Positions 32,591-41,334 of a stretch of DNA of 64,000 nucleotides are shown here, in pieces. Origin of the DNA: Myxococcales bacterium. GTDB lineage: Bacteria; Myxococcota; UBA727; GCA-2721815. How positions within the stretch are numbered: the stretch's first letter is position 1; every line of letters starts with the position of its first letter. The stretch is from positions 2,688-66,687 of the forward strand of contig PBLQ01000046.1 in assembly GCA_002721815.1 (NCBI GenBank), read 5' to 3'. The translations under genes were made by a program, and so were the position numbers. Under the pieces are notes generated by a model that had not been told where the DNA came from, ran no database searches, and saw nothing but the letters and a program-made list of their open reading frames with translations.

Positions 32591-33584
32591 GATTCTCTTC
32601 CACGCTGGGGTCAGTATTTTCATCAGGCACAAATACCACCTGAGCATTTAATTCCAACAACCGTTTTTTAAGGTTTTCCGCATTAATTTGGACCCCCTGC
32701 CGCTCGTGTAGGCGGGCCTTCTGGGCGGCCACCAAGTCTTCTTCTTGGGCTTGTCGCAAAATATTACCGATCAGCTCTTTTTTCTCCTCAAAAGAGGATG
32801 GCTCACCTTGCCGACGCTCGAGCAGCTTAAAAAGATGGTAACCATATTCTGAACCAATAACTTTTGAGACTTCGTTTTTCTTCAGCCCGAAGCACACATC
32901 AAACACTTCGGGCATGGTGCCTTTAGAAAACCATTCCAAAACGCCGCCTTTATCAGCCTCTGGAGACTTGCTGAAACGCCTGGCCGCCACCTCAAAAGGC
33001 AGAGCGCTTCTTCCCACCAGTTGCTGTCGAACATAGTCGGCCTCTTCTTGGGTATCCAACAATAAATGCAGGGCACGTATCTCTTCCTTGTTCATTTGGG
33101 GTACCATTTTGTCCTGGTAATAGGTCCGCATTTGTTTTTCGGACACAGGGGGCAACTTCTCTTTTTGCGCTTGCAGGTAATGCTTGATGAGTAACCGTTT
33201 CTCCAGTTGCTTGCGAAATGCTGGCAAGGTCCATTTTTCTTGGTTCAAAAGCTGAACAAAGTTGAGGCGCTTGAACTCTGCCGCACTCTTTCGGGCCGCT
33301 CGGTTCACTTCTTCAATGGAGATGGTTAAGCCCGATGCCAAAGCTTCTTGAACCAAAGCCGTTTCTTCGCCGAAATTTTTTGCTAGCCCTGTGGCCACCT
33401 TGAGCTGGGCGTCCACATCCTTGAGCTCAAAAACCTCGCGCTGCGCCCAATACAGCACCAAGGATGCTTCTGGCACTGTTTCTCCATCCACTTTCAAAAT
33501 CCAGGAACGGGCCTTTTTTTGAACAGGATCCTGAGGACACGCCAAAGGGATCGTCAACGTTAAGAGCAGCACCAAGCGCTTCAT
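32580..33584 (-). CDS. PpiC-type peptidyl-prolyl isomerase lipoprotein
   Basis: Lipobox PLAC; RALHLL, ARRFS.SPE...GG.LEW, SEYGYHLFK. Confidence 0.9.
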   Translation of the reverse strand: MKRLVLLLTLTIPLACPQDPVQKKARSWILKVDGETVPEASLVLYWAQREVFELKDVDAQLKVATGLAKNFGEETALVQEALASGLTISIEEVNRAARKSAAEFKRLNFVQLLNQEKWTLPAFRKQLEKRLLIKHYLQAQKEKLPPVSEKQMRTYYQDKMVPQMNKEEIRALHLLLDTQEEADYVRQQLVGRSALPFEVAARRFSKSPEADKGGVLEWFSKGTMPEVFDVCFGLKKNEVSKVIGSEYGYHLFKLLERRQGEPSSFEEKKELIGNILRQAQEEDLVAAQKARLHERQGVQINAENLKKRLLELNAQVVFVPDENTDPSVEENHVH

Positions 33585-34604
33585 TTATTGGTGTGCTCCG
33601 CCCACGGGTGGGTGACGCCCGGGCAAGTGGCCGTGAGGATCTTTCGCAGCCGATCCCACATCAAAACGCAGCTCTTTCTTGCGCTCTTGGTTGAGGGTCA
33701 CGCCAATGTCTTTTTTAATGGCTTCGATGTAAGCCTCAAATGCCACTTTGCGTTTTTGTCGGTAGACCCGGTTTTTCACTTGGGCACGAACCTCGCTAAG
33801 TTCACGATTGGTGGGCTCTCGAACGCCCAACTTTTTAAAAATATGATAACCCGTGCGGCTCTCGACCACGTCGGAAACCCCGTTCACCTCCGCAATGTCC
33901 CACGCCGCCTTGGCTGCTTTTTCCCCGTAGAGGCTCACAAGTTCGTCCCGGGAACGATAGCGCAAATCACCACCGGTGCTTTGCGTGTCTTTGTCTTGTG
34001 AATGCTTGCGAACCAGTTCGCGAAAATGGGAGCGAGACGCCGATTTTTGTGGGGCGTTGGCTTGAGGCAAAACCTCGCGGGCGCGCGCCAAGCTGGCTTT
34101 TTTATCGTCACCGAATTCGAAGAAAATATGTGCCAATCTCGACATGGCTGGCTTTTTATAATCTTTCACATTCTCCTGATAAAACTTTTCAATCTCGGGC
34201 ACCGTTACATCGGCCAATTTCACTTGGTTATCGAAGACATCGCGGGTGAGTTTTTGTACGATTAGTTTTTTAGCGGCATCCATGACCTCTGTGTCTTTGT
34301 CATAACCCAATGCAATGCCTTTTTCCGCCAAAAGGGCATAGCGGATTTGTCCGGTGATGAATTTATCTAAAGCTGCTGGATCTTTTTCGTACTGCGCACG
34401 AACGTAAGGACTTTGTTTGTTGATGAGTTTTTGAATCTGGGAAACCGTAATGCGCGTATTCCCCACCCGAGCCAACACAGAGCTGTCTTTTTGAGGCTCG
34501 GCATCGAACTGAAATACTTTTACTTTTCCAGTGGCGCCATCTCCCAGAGGCCGGGGACAGGCAGAAATCAAAAAGAGTAAAGAGAACAAGCCAAAGTACT
34601 TCAC
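33585..34604 (-). CDS. PpiC-type peptidyl-prolyl isomerase lipoprotein
   Basis: GTG start at 34604 after GGAGG; lipobox ISAC; LAHIF, HSQD....GGDL, GYHIFK. Confidence 0.9.
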   Translation of the reverse strand: MKYFGLFSLLFLISACPRPLGDGATGKVKVFQFDAEPQKDSSVLARVGNTRITVSQIQKLINKQSPYVRAQYEKDPAALDKFITGQIRYALLAEKGIALGYDKDTEVMDAAKKLIVQKLTRDVFDNQVKLADVTVPEIEKFYQENVKDYKKPAMSRLAHIFFEFGDDKKASLARAREVLPQANAPQKSASRSHFRELVRKHSQDKDTQSTGGDLRYRSRDELVSLYGEKAAKAAWDIAEVNGVSDVVESRTGYHIFKKLGVREPTNRELSEVRAQVKNRVYRQKRKVAFEAYIEAIKKDIGVTLNQERKKELRFDVGSAAKDPHGHLPGRHPPVGGAHQ

Positions 34605-34653
34605 AGGACCCTCCGCAATGAAAGGCCACCGATAGCGTGACCATCGCGGATGA

Positions 34654-35232
34654 TCAACCGCCTTCGCCAGGGGGGCCCGCAGGTGTGCCGGTAGCGATCT
34701 CGGCCATGGGCACACGCTCATTTGGGTTGGCGATACCCTGATCTGCACAAAAGCGGGCATTCACCACCCAAAGTAACTGATAAACCTTGGCCACGTCCAA
34801 TACATCGGCCGCTTGCGGTATTTTCCCTGAATCAAAATTCAACGAACATGTGACCGTGTCTTCGCCCAAGACCCTCAGCGCACCTGGCCTGCGCGATGTC
34901 TCACTATCGGTCATTTTCATCGGCAAGCCGTGGGTTCGACACACCAAAGGCCGGTGCGCATAAACGTCACACAGGCCTTGGGCATTCAAACAAGAGCAAT
35001 GTGACTCAGAAAGCCGCTCTACCGAGCCAACTTGGGCCTTACCATCCTGCAAAGACGCCTGAATAAATGCCGCCTCTACGGGCAGGAGTGTTAACCCTGC
35101 TGTGCAGCACTGCGCACATCCGGGCTCACAGTTGATTTCGCTTTCAAATTTTCGCCACAGCGGTGTCGTGAAAGCCTCCACTTTGGCCAAAACCGCCCGG
35201 TACTCTTGAAATGCAGCATCTGAATTTTTCAT
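34654..35232 (-). CDS. YkgJ family cysteine-cluster protein
   Basis: CEPGCAQCC, C.CL...C.VY..RPLVCRTHGLP. Confidence 0.88.
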   Translation of the reverse strand: MKNSDAAFQEYRAVLAKVEAFTTPLWRKFESEINCEPGCAQCCTAGLTLLPVEAAFIQASLQDGKAQVGSVERLSESHCSCLNAQGLCDVYAHRPLVCRTHGLPMKMTDSETSRRPGALRVLGEDTVTCSLNFDSGKIPQAADVLDVAKVYQLLWVVNARFCADQGIANPNERVPMAEIATGTPAGPPGEGG

Positions 35233-35292
35233 GTGAAACACCAATTTGGTTATTTCGCTTCGAATAAGATAAAACAAGGTTTGGAGGTCAAT

Positions 35293-35958
35293 CTGAAGTT
35301 CTTAACCGTCCAGTGCCCGCATTGCCTTCAATTGGTCAAAATTGCCGATGGCCAAACCACTGGCACCCAAGTGAGATGGGACTGTCCCCAATGCGAAACC
35401 GTCATCTCGCTGCCCTGCACCCCCTCACACTTGCCACAACCCGCATCACCCCCAATCCAAGAAGCGCCTTTGACCAGCGCTGTCCCGTCTTCGACAATGC
35501 CACAAACTCAACCAGAACAAACTTCACCGTCCAAAAATCTTCCGGTCGGTTTGGCACAGGCCCTCGAAGTCATTGCCTCAGAATCCGCCGCAGGGCGAAG
35601 CATGAAAAACGCATTTGTTCGGCTGTATGAAAATACATGGCGCGAAACAGATGCCCATCAAAAATTTTTACAGATTGCCAATCAGCAAAATGCTTTGGCG
35701 CTGGCAGGCAAGCTTTATGGCGCAGTCCTGCAGTCACTGCCCGAAGACGAGATGGCCATGGCCGGCCGTGAAAAAGTCCTGCAGCTGGGCATGGCTCAAT
35801 TGGGGCACCTCCGTGCCGCCGCCCCCATCCGTTCCCGCTCCTTCACTCCCAAGAAATGGCTGATTATTGGCGGATTGATCTTCGTTCTTCTTGTGTTTTC
35901 AATGCTTTTCGTGGCTGTTCAAAGCCTTTTCTCGGGAGGGCCAACATCGCTCAATTAG
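35293..35958 (+). CDS. Zinc-ribbon membrane protein (start uncertain, possibly CTG 35293)
   Basis: CPHC...CPQC, Pro linker, helical region, C-terminal TM. Confidence 0.7.
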   Translation: MKFLTVQCPHCLQLVKIADGQTTGTQVRWDCPQCETVISLPCTPSHLPQPASPPIQEAPLTSAVPSSTMPQTQPEQTSPSKNLPVGLAQALEVIASESAAGRSMKNAFVRLYENTWRETDAHQKFLQIANQQNALALAGKLYGAVLQSLPEDEMAMAGREKVLQLGMAQLGHLRAAAPIRSRSFTPKKWLIIGGLIFVLLVFSMLFVAVQSLFSGGPTSLN

Positions 35959-36007
35959 ATTGCACACCTCGATAAAATGGGGATAAAATAAACGAAGGCA
36001 GGGAGCC

Positions 36008-36838
36008 ATGGCCGCAAAAACAAGAACATTTGAAAAAGGTGAAGAGATCTTCAGTGAAGGCCAATGGGCTGAAATCGCCTACGTGGTCAAAAGCGGACGG
36101 GTGGAGATCTTTCTGGAACGTTCCGGGCGTAAAACCACCTTGGGAACCATGGGACCCGGTTCTTGTTTTGGAGAAATGGCGCCCATCTTAGGCGGCCGAC
36201 GCTCCGCCAGTGCCCGAGCCATGCAACCCACTTTGTGTATCGAAGTAGATGCCCAAGTGCTGCAGCGTATGGTGGAGCAAAGCGATGCCATGATGCGTGC
36301 CATCGTGTTGTCGCTGGTGGAGCGCGTCAAAAGGCTCAACAAACATGCCGGTTACGAAATCAGATATGACAACGCCATCCTCACCTGTGCCCAAGGTCTG
36401 GTTCTGCTCTCTGATTCACTTCCTAAGGACGTCGAAGAAGAAGCCAGCCCAGAAACCCGTATTATCATGCACGATGCTGTTCTGAGTTTGAGTAAAATTT
36501 CAGGACGCAACCGGGGACGCATTAACGATTTGCTCAAACACATGGCCGAACTCCACCTCCTTCGCATTGTGGGAACTGGCCCCACCGCCGATTTGGTCTT
36601 CAACCGTGATAAAATTTTAGAACATGCTAATGGGCTGGCCAAAGTGATGGACGAGGAAAAAATCAACAAGCGAATGGCAGCGCTTGACACCCTCGACCTC
36701 AATGAACTTTCAGAAATGTTAAATAAAGATCCCGCAACCGTGTGGCAACAATTGCAAGGACACCCCAACCTCCCGGAACTGTTGCGCTTTCAATTTCGTG
36801 AAACCGTGGATTGGCTGGGGGTTCAATCAGATTCCTAA
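36008..36838 (+). CDS. cNMP-binding CRP/FNR-like protein
   Basis: GEEIFSEG, YVVKSGRVEI, FGEMA...RSASA; HTH-like SGRNRGRINDLL. Confidence 0.88.
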   Translation: MAAKTRTFEKGEEIFSEGQWAEIAYVVKSGRVEIFLERSGRKTTLGTMGPGSCFGEMAPILGGRRSASARAMQPTLCIEVDAQVLQRMVEQSDAMMRAIVLSLVERVKRLNKHAGYEIRYDNAILTCAQGLVLLSDSLPKDVEEEASPETRIIMHDAVLSLSKISGRNRGRINDLLKHMAELHLLRIVGTGPTADLVFNRDKILEHANGLAKVMDEEKINKRMAALDTLDLNELSEMLNKDPATVWQQLQGHPNLPELLRFQFRETVDWLGVQSDS

Positions 36839-36932
36839 TGCACCAATGACCTTAAATTCAGTGCATTTTCTTGATTCTAGGGTGGTTTTTCGGGGAGAAT
36901 CACCGCTATAAGGACGACAAAGGCGGCAGTTC

Positions 36933-37760
36933 ATGGAAAAAAGCGTCTCGCAACATTTCGATAAAGGTGAAGTGGTCTTCTCCGAAGGCCAAAAAGGAAA
37001 CACCTTTTACATCATCAAGTCCGGTCGGGTTGAAATCAGTCTGGAGCAAAACGGTCGAAAAATGGTGCTGGGCACCTTGGGGGCCGGCTCTTGCTTTGGT
37101 GAGATGGCTGCCCTCACAGGGGAGCGACGGGCCGCCACGGCCACTGCCATTTCCTCCACTTTAGCGGTGGAAGTGAATGCAGACTACATCACGCGTTGGG
37201 GCGAAGTCCAAGATCCCCTTTTACGCACTGTGCTCGAATCACTTTCCGAACGCGTTCGGCATCTCAACCAAGAAAAGCGCGAATCCTCTAACGACAACAA
37301 TCTCATCATCAGTGTTTCCACCATGCTGCAAATTATGGGCAAGACCCTGGGCTCTGCCGACAGCGATGAAATCTCGGTTTCACTTTATGAAACCGTTTCC
37401 CGCGTGAGTCGCGTGACCGGTCGTTCTCGACCGCTCATCGATGAAGTGGTCAAGAGCATGGCTGAGCTCGGCCTCATACGTATCATGGGAGATGGCTTCG
37501 ATCGACAATTGGCTTTTTCCAATGCCAACATCGAGCGGCACACCAAAGGGCTCACCAAAATCCTGGGCAAGTCCCTCGACCCCAGAGATTTAAACACGCT
37601 CGACATTGTAACGCTGGACATGCTCGCGTTTCATTTACAGGCAGACCCCGACGAAGTTTACGACATTCTCAGTCAGGCCGAAGGGTTCTCAGACTTGATC
37701 TGCTACAAACTACAGTCCAGCATTGAGGCCTTCACGGCGCTCACCGAAGAAAATGAGTAG
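36933..37760 (+). CDS. cNMP-binding CRP/FNR-like protein (paralog of the upstream gene)
   Basis: GEVVFSEG, YIIKSGRVEI, FGEMA...RAATA; TGRSRPLIDEVV..MAELGLIRI. Confidence 0.88.
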   Translation: MEKSVSQHFDKGEVVFSEGQKGNTFYIIKSGRVEISLEQNGRKMVLGTLGAGSCFGEMAALTGERRAATATAISSTLAVEVNADYITRWGEVQDPLLRTVLESLSERVRHLNQEKRESSNDNNLIISVSTMLQIMGKTLGSADSDEISVSLYETVSRVSRVTGRSRPLIDEVVKSMAELGLIRIMGDGFDRQLAFSNANIERHTKGLTKILGKSLDPRDLNTLDIVTLDMLAFHLQADPDEVYDILSQAEGFSDLICYKLQSSIEAFTALTEENE

Positions 37761-37803
37761 GTAGCTTCGTGGCTCAAAAGCAGGTGTTGATGGGGACTCG
37801 CTT

Positions 37804-40800
37804 GTGACACAAAATATCGAATTAGGGCCTTTCACGCTGCAAAAGCCCTTACAGAGCGGGGGCATGGGGCAGGTTTGGCAAGCCCTCCATCGCGATCAGA
37901 ACATCCCTGTGGCCATTAAGTTTCTCGCAGACCGCAAAGTAGCGGTGGACTCGCGTCTTGAAATGCGTCTCCTCGAAGAGATTCATACCATCGCACGTTT
38001 GAGTCATCCCCACATTATCATGGTTCTGGATTACGGCTTTGTTCCAGAAAATGCCGATCCTAAGTTTTTACCGCCCAACAGCCCGTGGTTGGCCATGGAG
38101 CTTTGCTCGGGTGGACACTTGCTCGAAAGTCCGGCCACCACTTGGTCAGAGGCCCGGCAAATTTTCTCAGAGACGTTGCGGGCACTCGCCTACATTCATG
38201 CCCGAGGCATTCTACATCGGGACCTCAAGCCAGCGAACATTCTCCTGGCCAACAAAACCGATTTGCGGCCCGGGGTGAAATTGGCCGATTTTGGCTTGGC
38301 CATGGACATTAAGAACCAGTTCGAAGAGAAACATACCTTTGGCACCCCGCATTACATGGCCCCCGAACAAACCCACAGCAACAAACGCATCTTCCAACCT
38401 GCCACCGATCTCTACGCCTTAGGCTGCTTGGCTTGGGTGGTGCTCACGGGCAAACCCCCCTTTGCCGCTTTTGGCAAAAAACCCAAAGACATTCTCAATG
38501 CCCAGCGGCACATCAACCCGCCCCAACTCATGGCGCGTTATCCAGTGCCCGAAAGCTTAGAGGGCTGGCTCCTGAAACTCTTGCGAAAAGAGCCACAAAA
38601 CCGTTTTCAAACCGCCGCTGAAGCCTTCCGTGCCCTGCCTTCAGAACATGAACCACTCGAAGCAGTTGGCGAAGGTAGGTTGTTTCCATTTTTAACCCCA
38701 CCCACTTCAAGCGAAGAAACCGCACCGGTCACCGATTTGATCACCCAAGCCTATCCCGAAAACGCTTCTGCGGATTACACGGTGGAGGGTTCGGTTGAAA
38801 TTTTACCTGTAACCAAAGAGCAAAAGCCCGTGGCCTGGCGAGACCCCCATTACCATCGCCCCGCACCCAAGCTGCTGGGGGCGGGTCTCAGTTTGATGAA
38901 CCTTCGTGAAGTGGTCTTCGTGGGTCACGAGGAAGAAAAAGATCAACTCTGGCGTTACTTGATGGATGTCATTGCTGACCCCAAACCCAGCGGGGTACTC
39001 ATCGCTGGCGCTCCAGGCATTGGAAAGATGGCGGTGGCCCATTGGTGGGCAGTGCGCGCACACGAGGTCGGGGTGGGCGAGTACCTGCACATTCGCTCCA
39101 CTGATTCAGACGATCCTTATGTGGCCATCAGCAAAGCCCTGGCCAAACATCTTCGCTCTGATGGACTCCAAGGTGACGATCTACAAGACCATCTATCGAG
39201 AACGTTTTTTGAAGGGCAAATCTTGAGTCGTTCCGAACGAGAGGGCCTCCAACGCTACCTCGACCAACCAGAAGAACTCGAAAAAGAAAAACACCGTCTT
39301 CGGTTGACCGCATTGGCCCTCACCACCTTTTCAAACAACCGGCCTTTATTTCTCCTCTTCGACAACAACTGGGATGTTCCCGCTTGTATGGACACCATTC
39401 AAAGAATCAATGAGACCACCTTTTTGGGGCCCACCCCATTAATTTGGGTTTTGGTGCCCGAGAAATACGATTCACAGCCCCCGGCTGATTGGCTCACCTT
39501 CACCCTCCAGCCACTTTCTAAAAACGAGATGATTTCCTTGCTGGATACCTACTTGCCGCTGCACCCCGTGCTCCAAGAGAAAATGGTGAACCTCTGCGCG
39601 GGCAAACCCTTTTTACTGAAACAATACCTGCAACAATTGGTGAGCGAAGAGGCACTCCAGCCCACCGGGCAGGGCTTTGATCTCAAGAACCCAGATCACT
39701 TCTCCTCCGAAGGGCCTCAAGAAAACCTGTGGCAAAACCGCATCACACACCTGCAAACCCATGCGCCACAGCAATACCAAGCCTTGGAAATTGCGGGGTT
39801 GCTGGGCGACCCCTTGGTCCCCACTTTATGGCAGAAAATTTGTAACGAACTGAACATCGGTTTTGCTCATGAAACGGCCCCCAGCTTGGTACGGCAAGGG
39901 TTATTGTTGTTAACCGATGACGAGGATTTAACCCTCGCCCACCCGCTCCTTAAACAGGCCATTATTACACAAGCCAAACAAGAGCATCGATACCGAACAT
40001 TGCACGCAGCATGTGCACAAGTGCTGGAGACCGCCTTGGGGTCTAGCCCAAAGGAACAAGATCAAATCCTAGGGCACTGGATGCAAGCCGAAGCCTGGGA
40101 CGAAGCCCTTTCTTGCCTAGACCGGTTGATCGAAAAGCGCTTTGCCCACTCCAAAATTTCTGCGTTGCCCCCGCTGCTCCGTCAGCGAAAATTTCTCATC
40201 GACCAGCTGAACATCCCCATGGAAACCATTCGTTACGCCAAAACGCTTACCTACCAATTAGAGCTGGCACGCATCCAGGAAAACAGTACGGAGCTGGCCA
40301 AGCTAGCAAAAACCGTCCTACCCAAAGTACGAAAAGGACCATGGCGTGAAATTGCGTTTCATGTGTTTTCGACCTTGGGCCTTTACCGTGCGCAAAAGCA
40401 CGCCTTAAAAAAAGCGGTGACCTACTACGAGGAAGCGCTGCGCTTATGCCCTGATGACGAGATCACCAAAGGACTCATGACGTACCACTTGGCCGATGTG
40501 GCCTATGAGCGTGGCGATTTGGAATTCGCCGAAAAAAGCTACAAGTTGTCTGAGCCGCTTCTTGGAAAACATGGATGGACCAAGCGACAAGGTGACGCCA
40601 ATTATCGTTTGGGAGATCTGGCTTGGCTGTCAGGGGCGGGAGAAACCGCAGAACAATACTGGCAGACGGCACTGGGGCTTTACCGTCAAGAGAACAACCT
40701 GCGAGGGGAAAGCCTGATTCATAATTCCAGGGGTGAACTAGAGCGGCGATCCGGCAATTTCGCTAAAGCTGAAGGCCACTACCTCAAAGCCATTGAGTTG

Positions 40801-41199
40801 CTTCAATCCATGAATGCTTCTTTCAATATCAATCTGTATAAAATCAATTTGGGCTTGGTCCTTTTTGGGCAACAAAAGTTCGACAAGGCCATCCAGCACT
40901 CTGAAGAAGCGGGCTATTTTTTTCGCACCTACGATCGGATTTATTTGGCCACCATTTGCAAGTTGACCGTCTTGTTGTGCCAGGCCGCGCTGTCCCCCCA
41001 AAAGCCGCAAACCGCCACCATTCAAAAGGTTTTGGAGTGGTTCCCAGAAAACAAAGCCATCGACAAAGATCTTTTGTGGCTGTGCGGTTTGGCCAAAGAC
41101 TTCTTTCAAAGGGAAAGCCTGGGCGCGCTGCAAAGCATCCTGGAGTCTTTTTGCAATCAATATCAAGACCTTGCATCCCCTCCGATCATCCCTCAGTAG
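37804..41199 (+). CDS. Ser/Thr kinase fused to a degenerate STAND/AAA ATPase and TPR repeats
   Basis: GGMGQV, VAIK, HRDLKPAN, DFG, GTPHYMAPE; FVG....; GAPGIGK; C-terminal TPRs. Confidence 0.9.
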   Translation: MTQNIELGPFTLQKPLQSGGMGQVWQALHRDQNIPVAIKFLADRKVAVDSRLEMRLLEEIHTIARLSHPHIIMVLDYGFVPENADPKFLPPNSPWLAMELCSGGHLLESPATTWSEARQIFSETLRALAYIHARGILHRDLKPANILLANKTDLRPGVKLADFGLAMDIKNQFEEKHTFGTPHYMAPEQTHSNKRIFQPATDLYALGCLAWVVLTGKPPFAAFGKKPKDILNAQRHINPPQLMARYPVPESLEGWLLKLLRKEPQNRFQTAAEAFRALPSEHEPLEAVGEGRLFPFLTPPTSSEETAPVTDLITQAYPENASADYTVEGSVEILPVTKEQKPVAWRDPHYHRPAPKLLGAGLSLMNLREVVFVGHEEEKDQLWRYLMDVIADPKPSGVLIAGAPGIGKMAVAHWWAVRAHEVGVGEYLHIRSTDSDDPYVAISKALAKHLRSDGLQGDDLQDHLSRTFFEGQILSRSEREGLQRYLDQPEELEKEKHRLRLTALALTTFSNNRPLFLLFDNNWDVPACMDTIQRINETTFLGPTPLIWVLVPEKYDSQPPADWLTFTLQPLSKNEMISLLDTYLPLHPVLQEKMVNLCAGKPFLLKQYLQQLVSEEALQPTGQGFDLKNPDHFSSEGPQENLWQNRITHLQTHAPQQYQALEIAGLLGDPLVPTLWQKICNELNIGFAHETAPSLVRQGLLLLTDDEDLTLAHPLLKQAIITQAKQEHRYRTLHAACAQVLETALGSSPKEQDQILGHWMQAEAWDEALSCLDRLIEKRFAHSKISALPPLLRQRKFLIDQLNIPMETIRYAKTLTYQLELARIQENSTELAKLAKTVLPKVRKGPWREIAFHVFSTLGLYRAQKHALKKAVTYYEEALRLCPDDEITKGLMTYHLADVAYERGDLEFAEKSYKLSEPLLGKHGWTKRQGDANYRLGDLAWLSGAGETAEQYWQTALGLYRQENNLRGESLIHNSRGELERRSGNFAKAEGHYLKAIELLQSMNASFNINLYKINLGLVLFGQQKFDKAIQHSEEAGYFFRTYDRIYLATICKLTVLLCQAALSPQKPQTATIQKVLEWFPENKAIDKDLLWLCGLAKDFFQRESLGALQSILESFCNQYQDLASPPIIPQ

Positions 41200-41334
41200 T
41201 GCTAAAGCCGCGTTCTCAAACGCCATGCAGTGGCCTTTTGCGTTATAAATATGACCACAACGGGCGTGCTTTTACGTGAGATCAGAGCTATGATCTCGAG
41301 GAATCGCGCATCAATACCAATGGGATAAGACTCG

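Noticed and set aside
31616-34604. Three tandem PPIase genes as a novel system
   Set aside because: SurA/PpiC triplets are a familiar deltaproteobacterial arrangement
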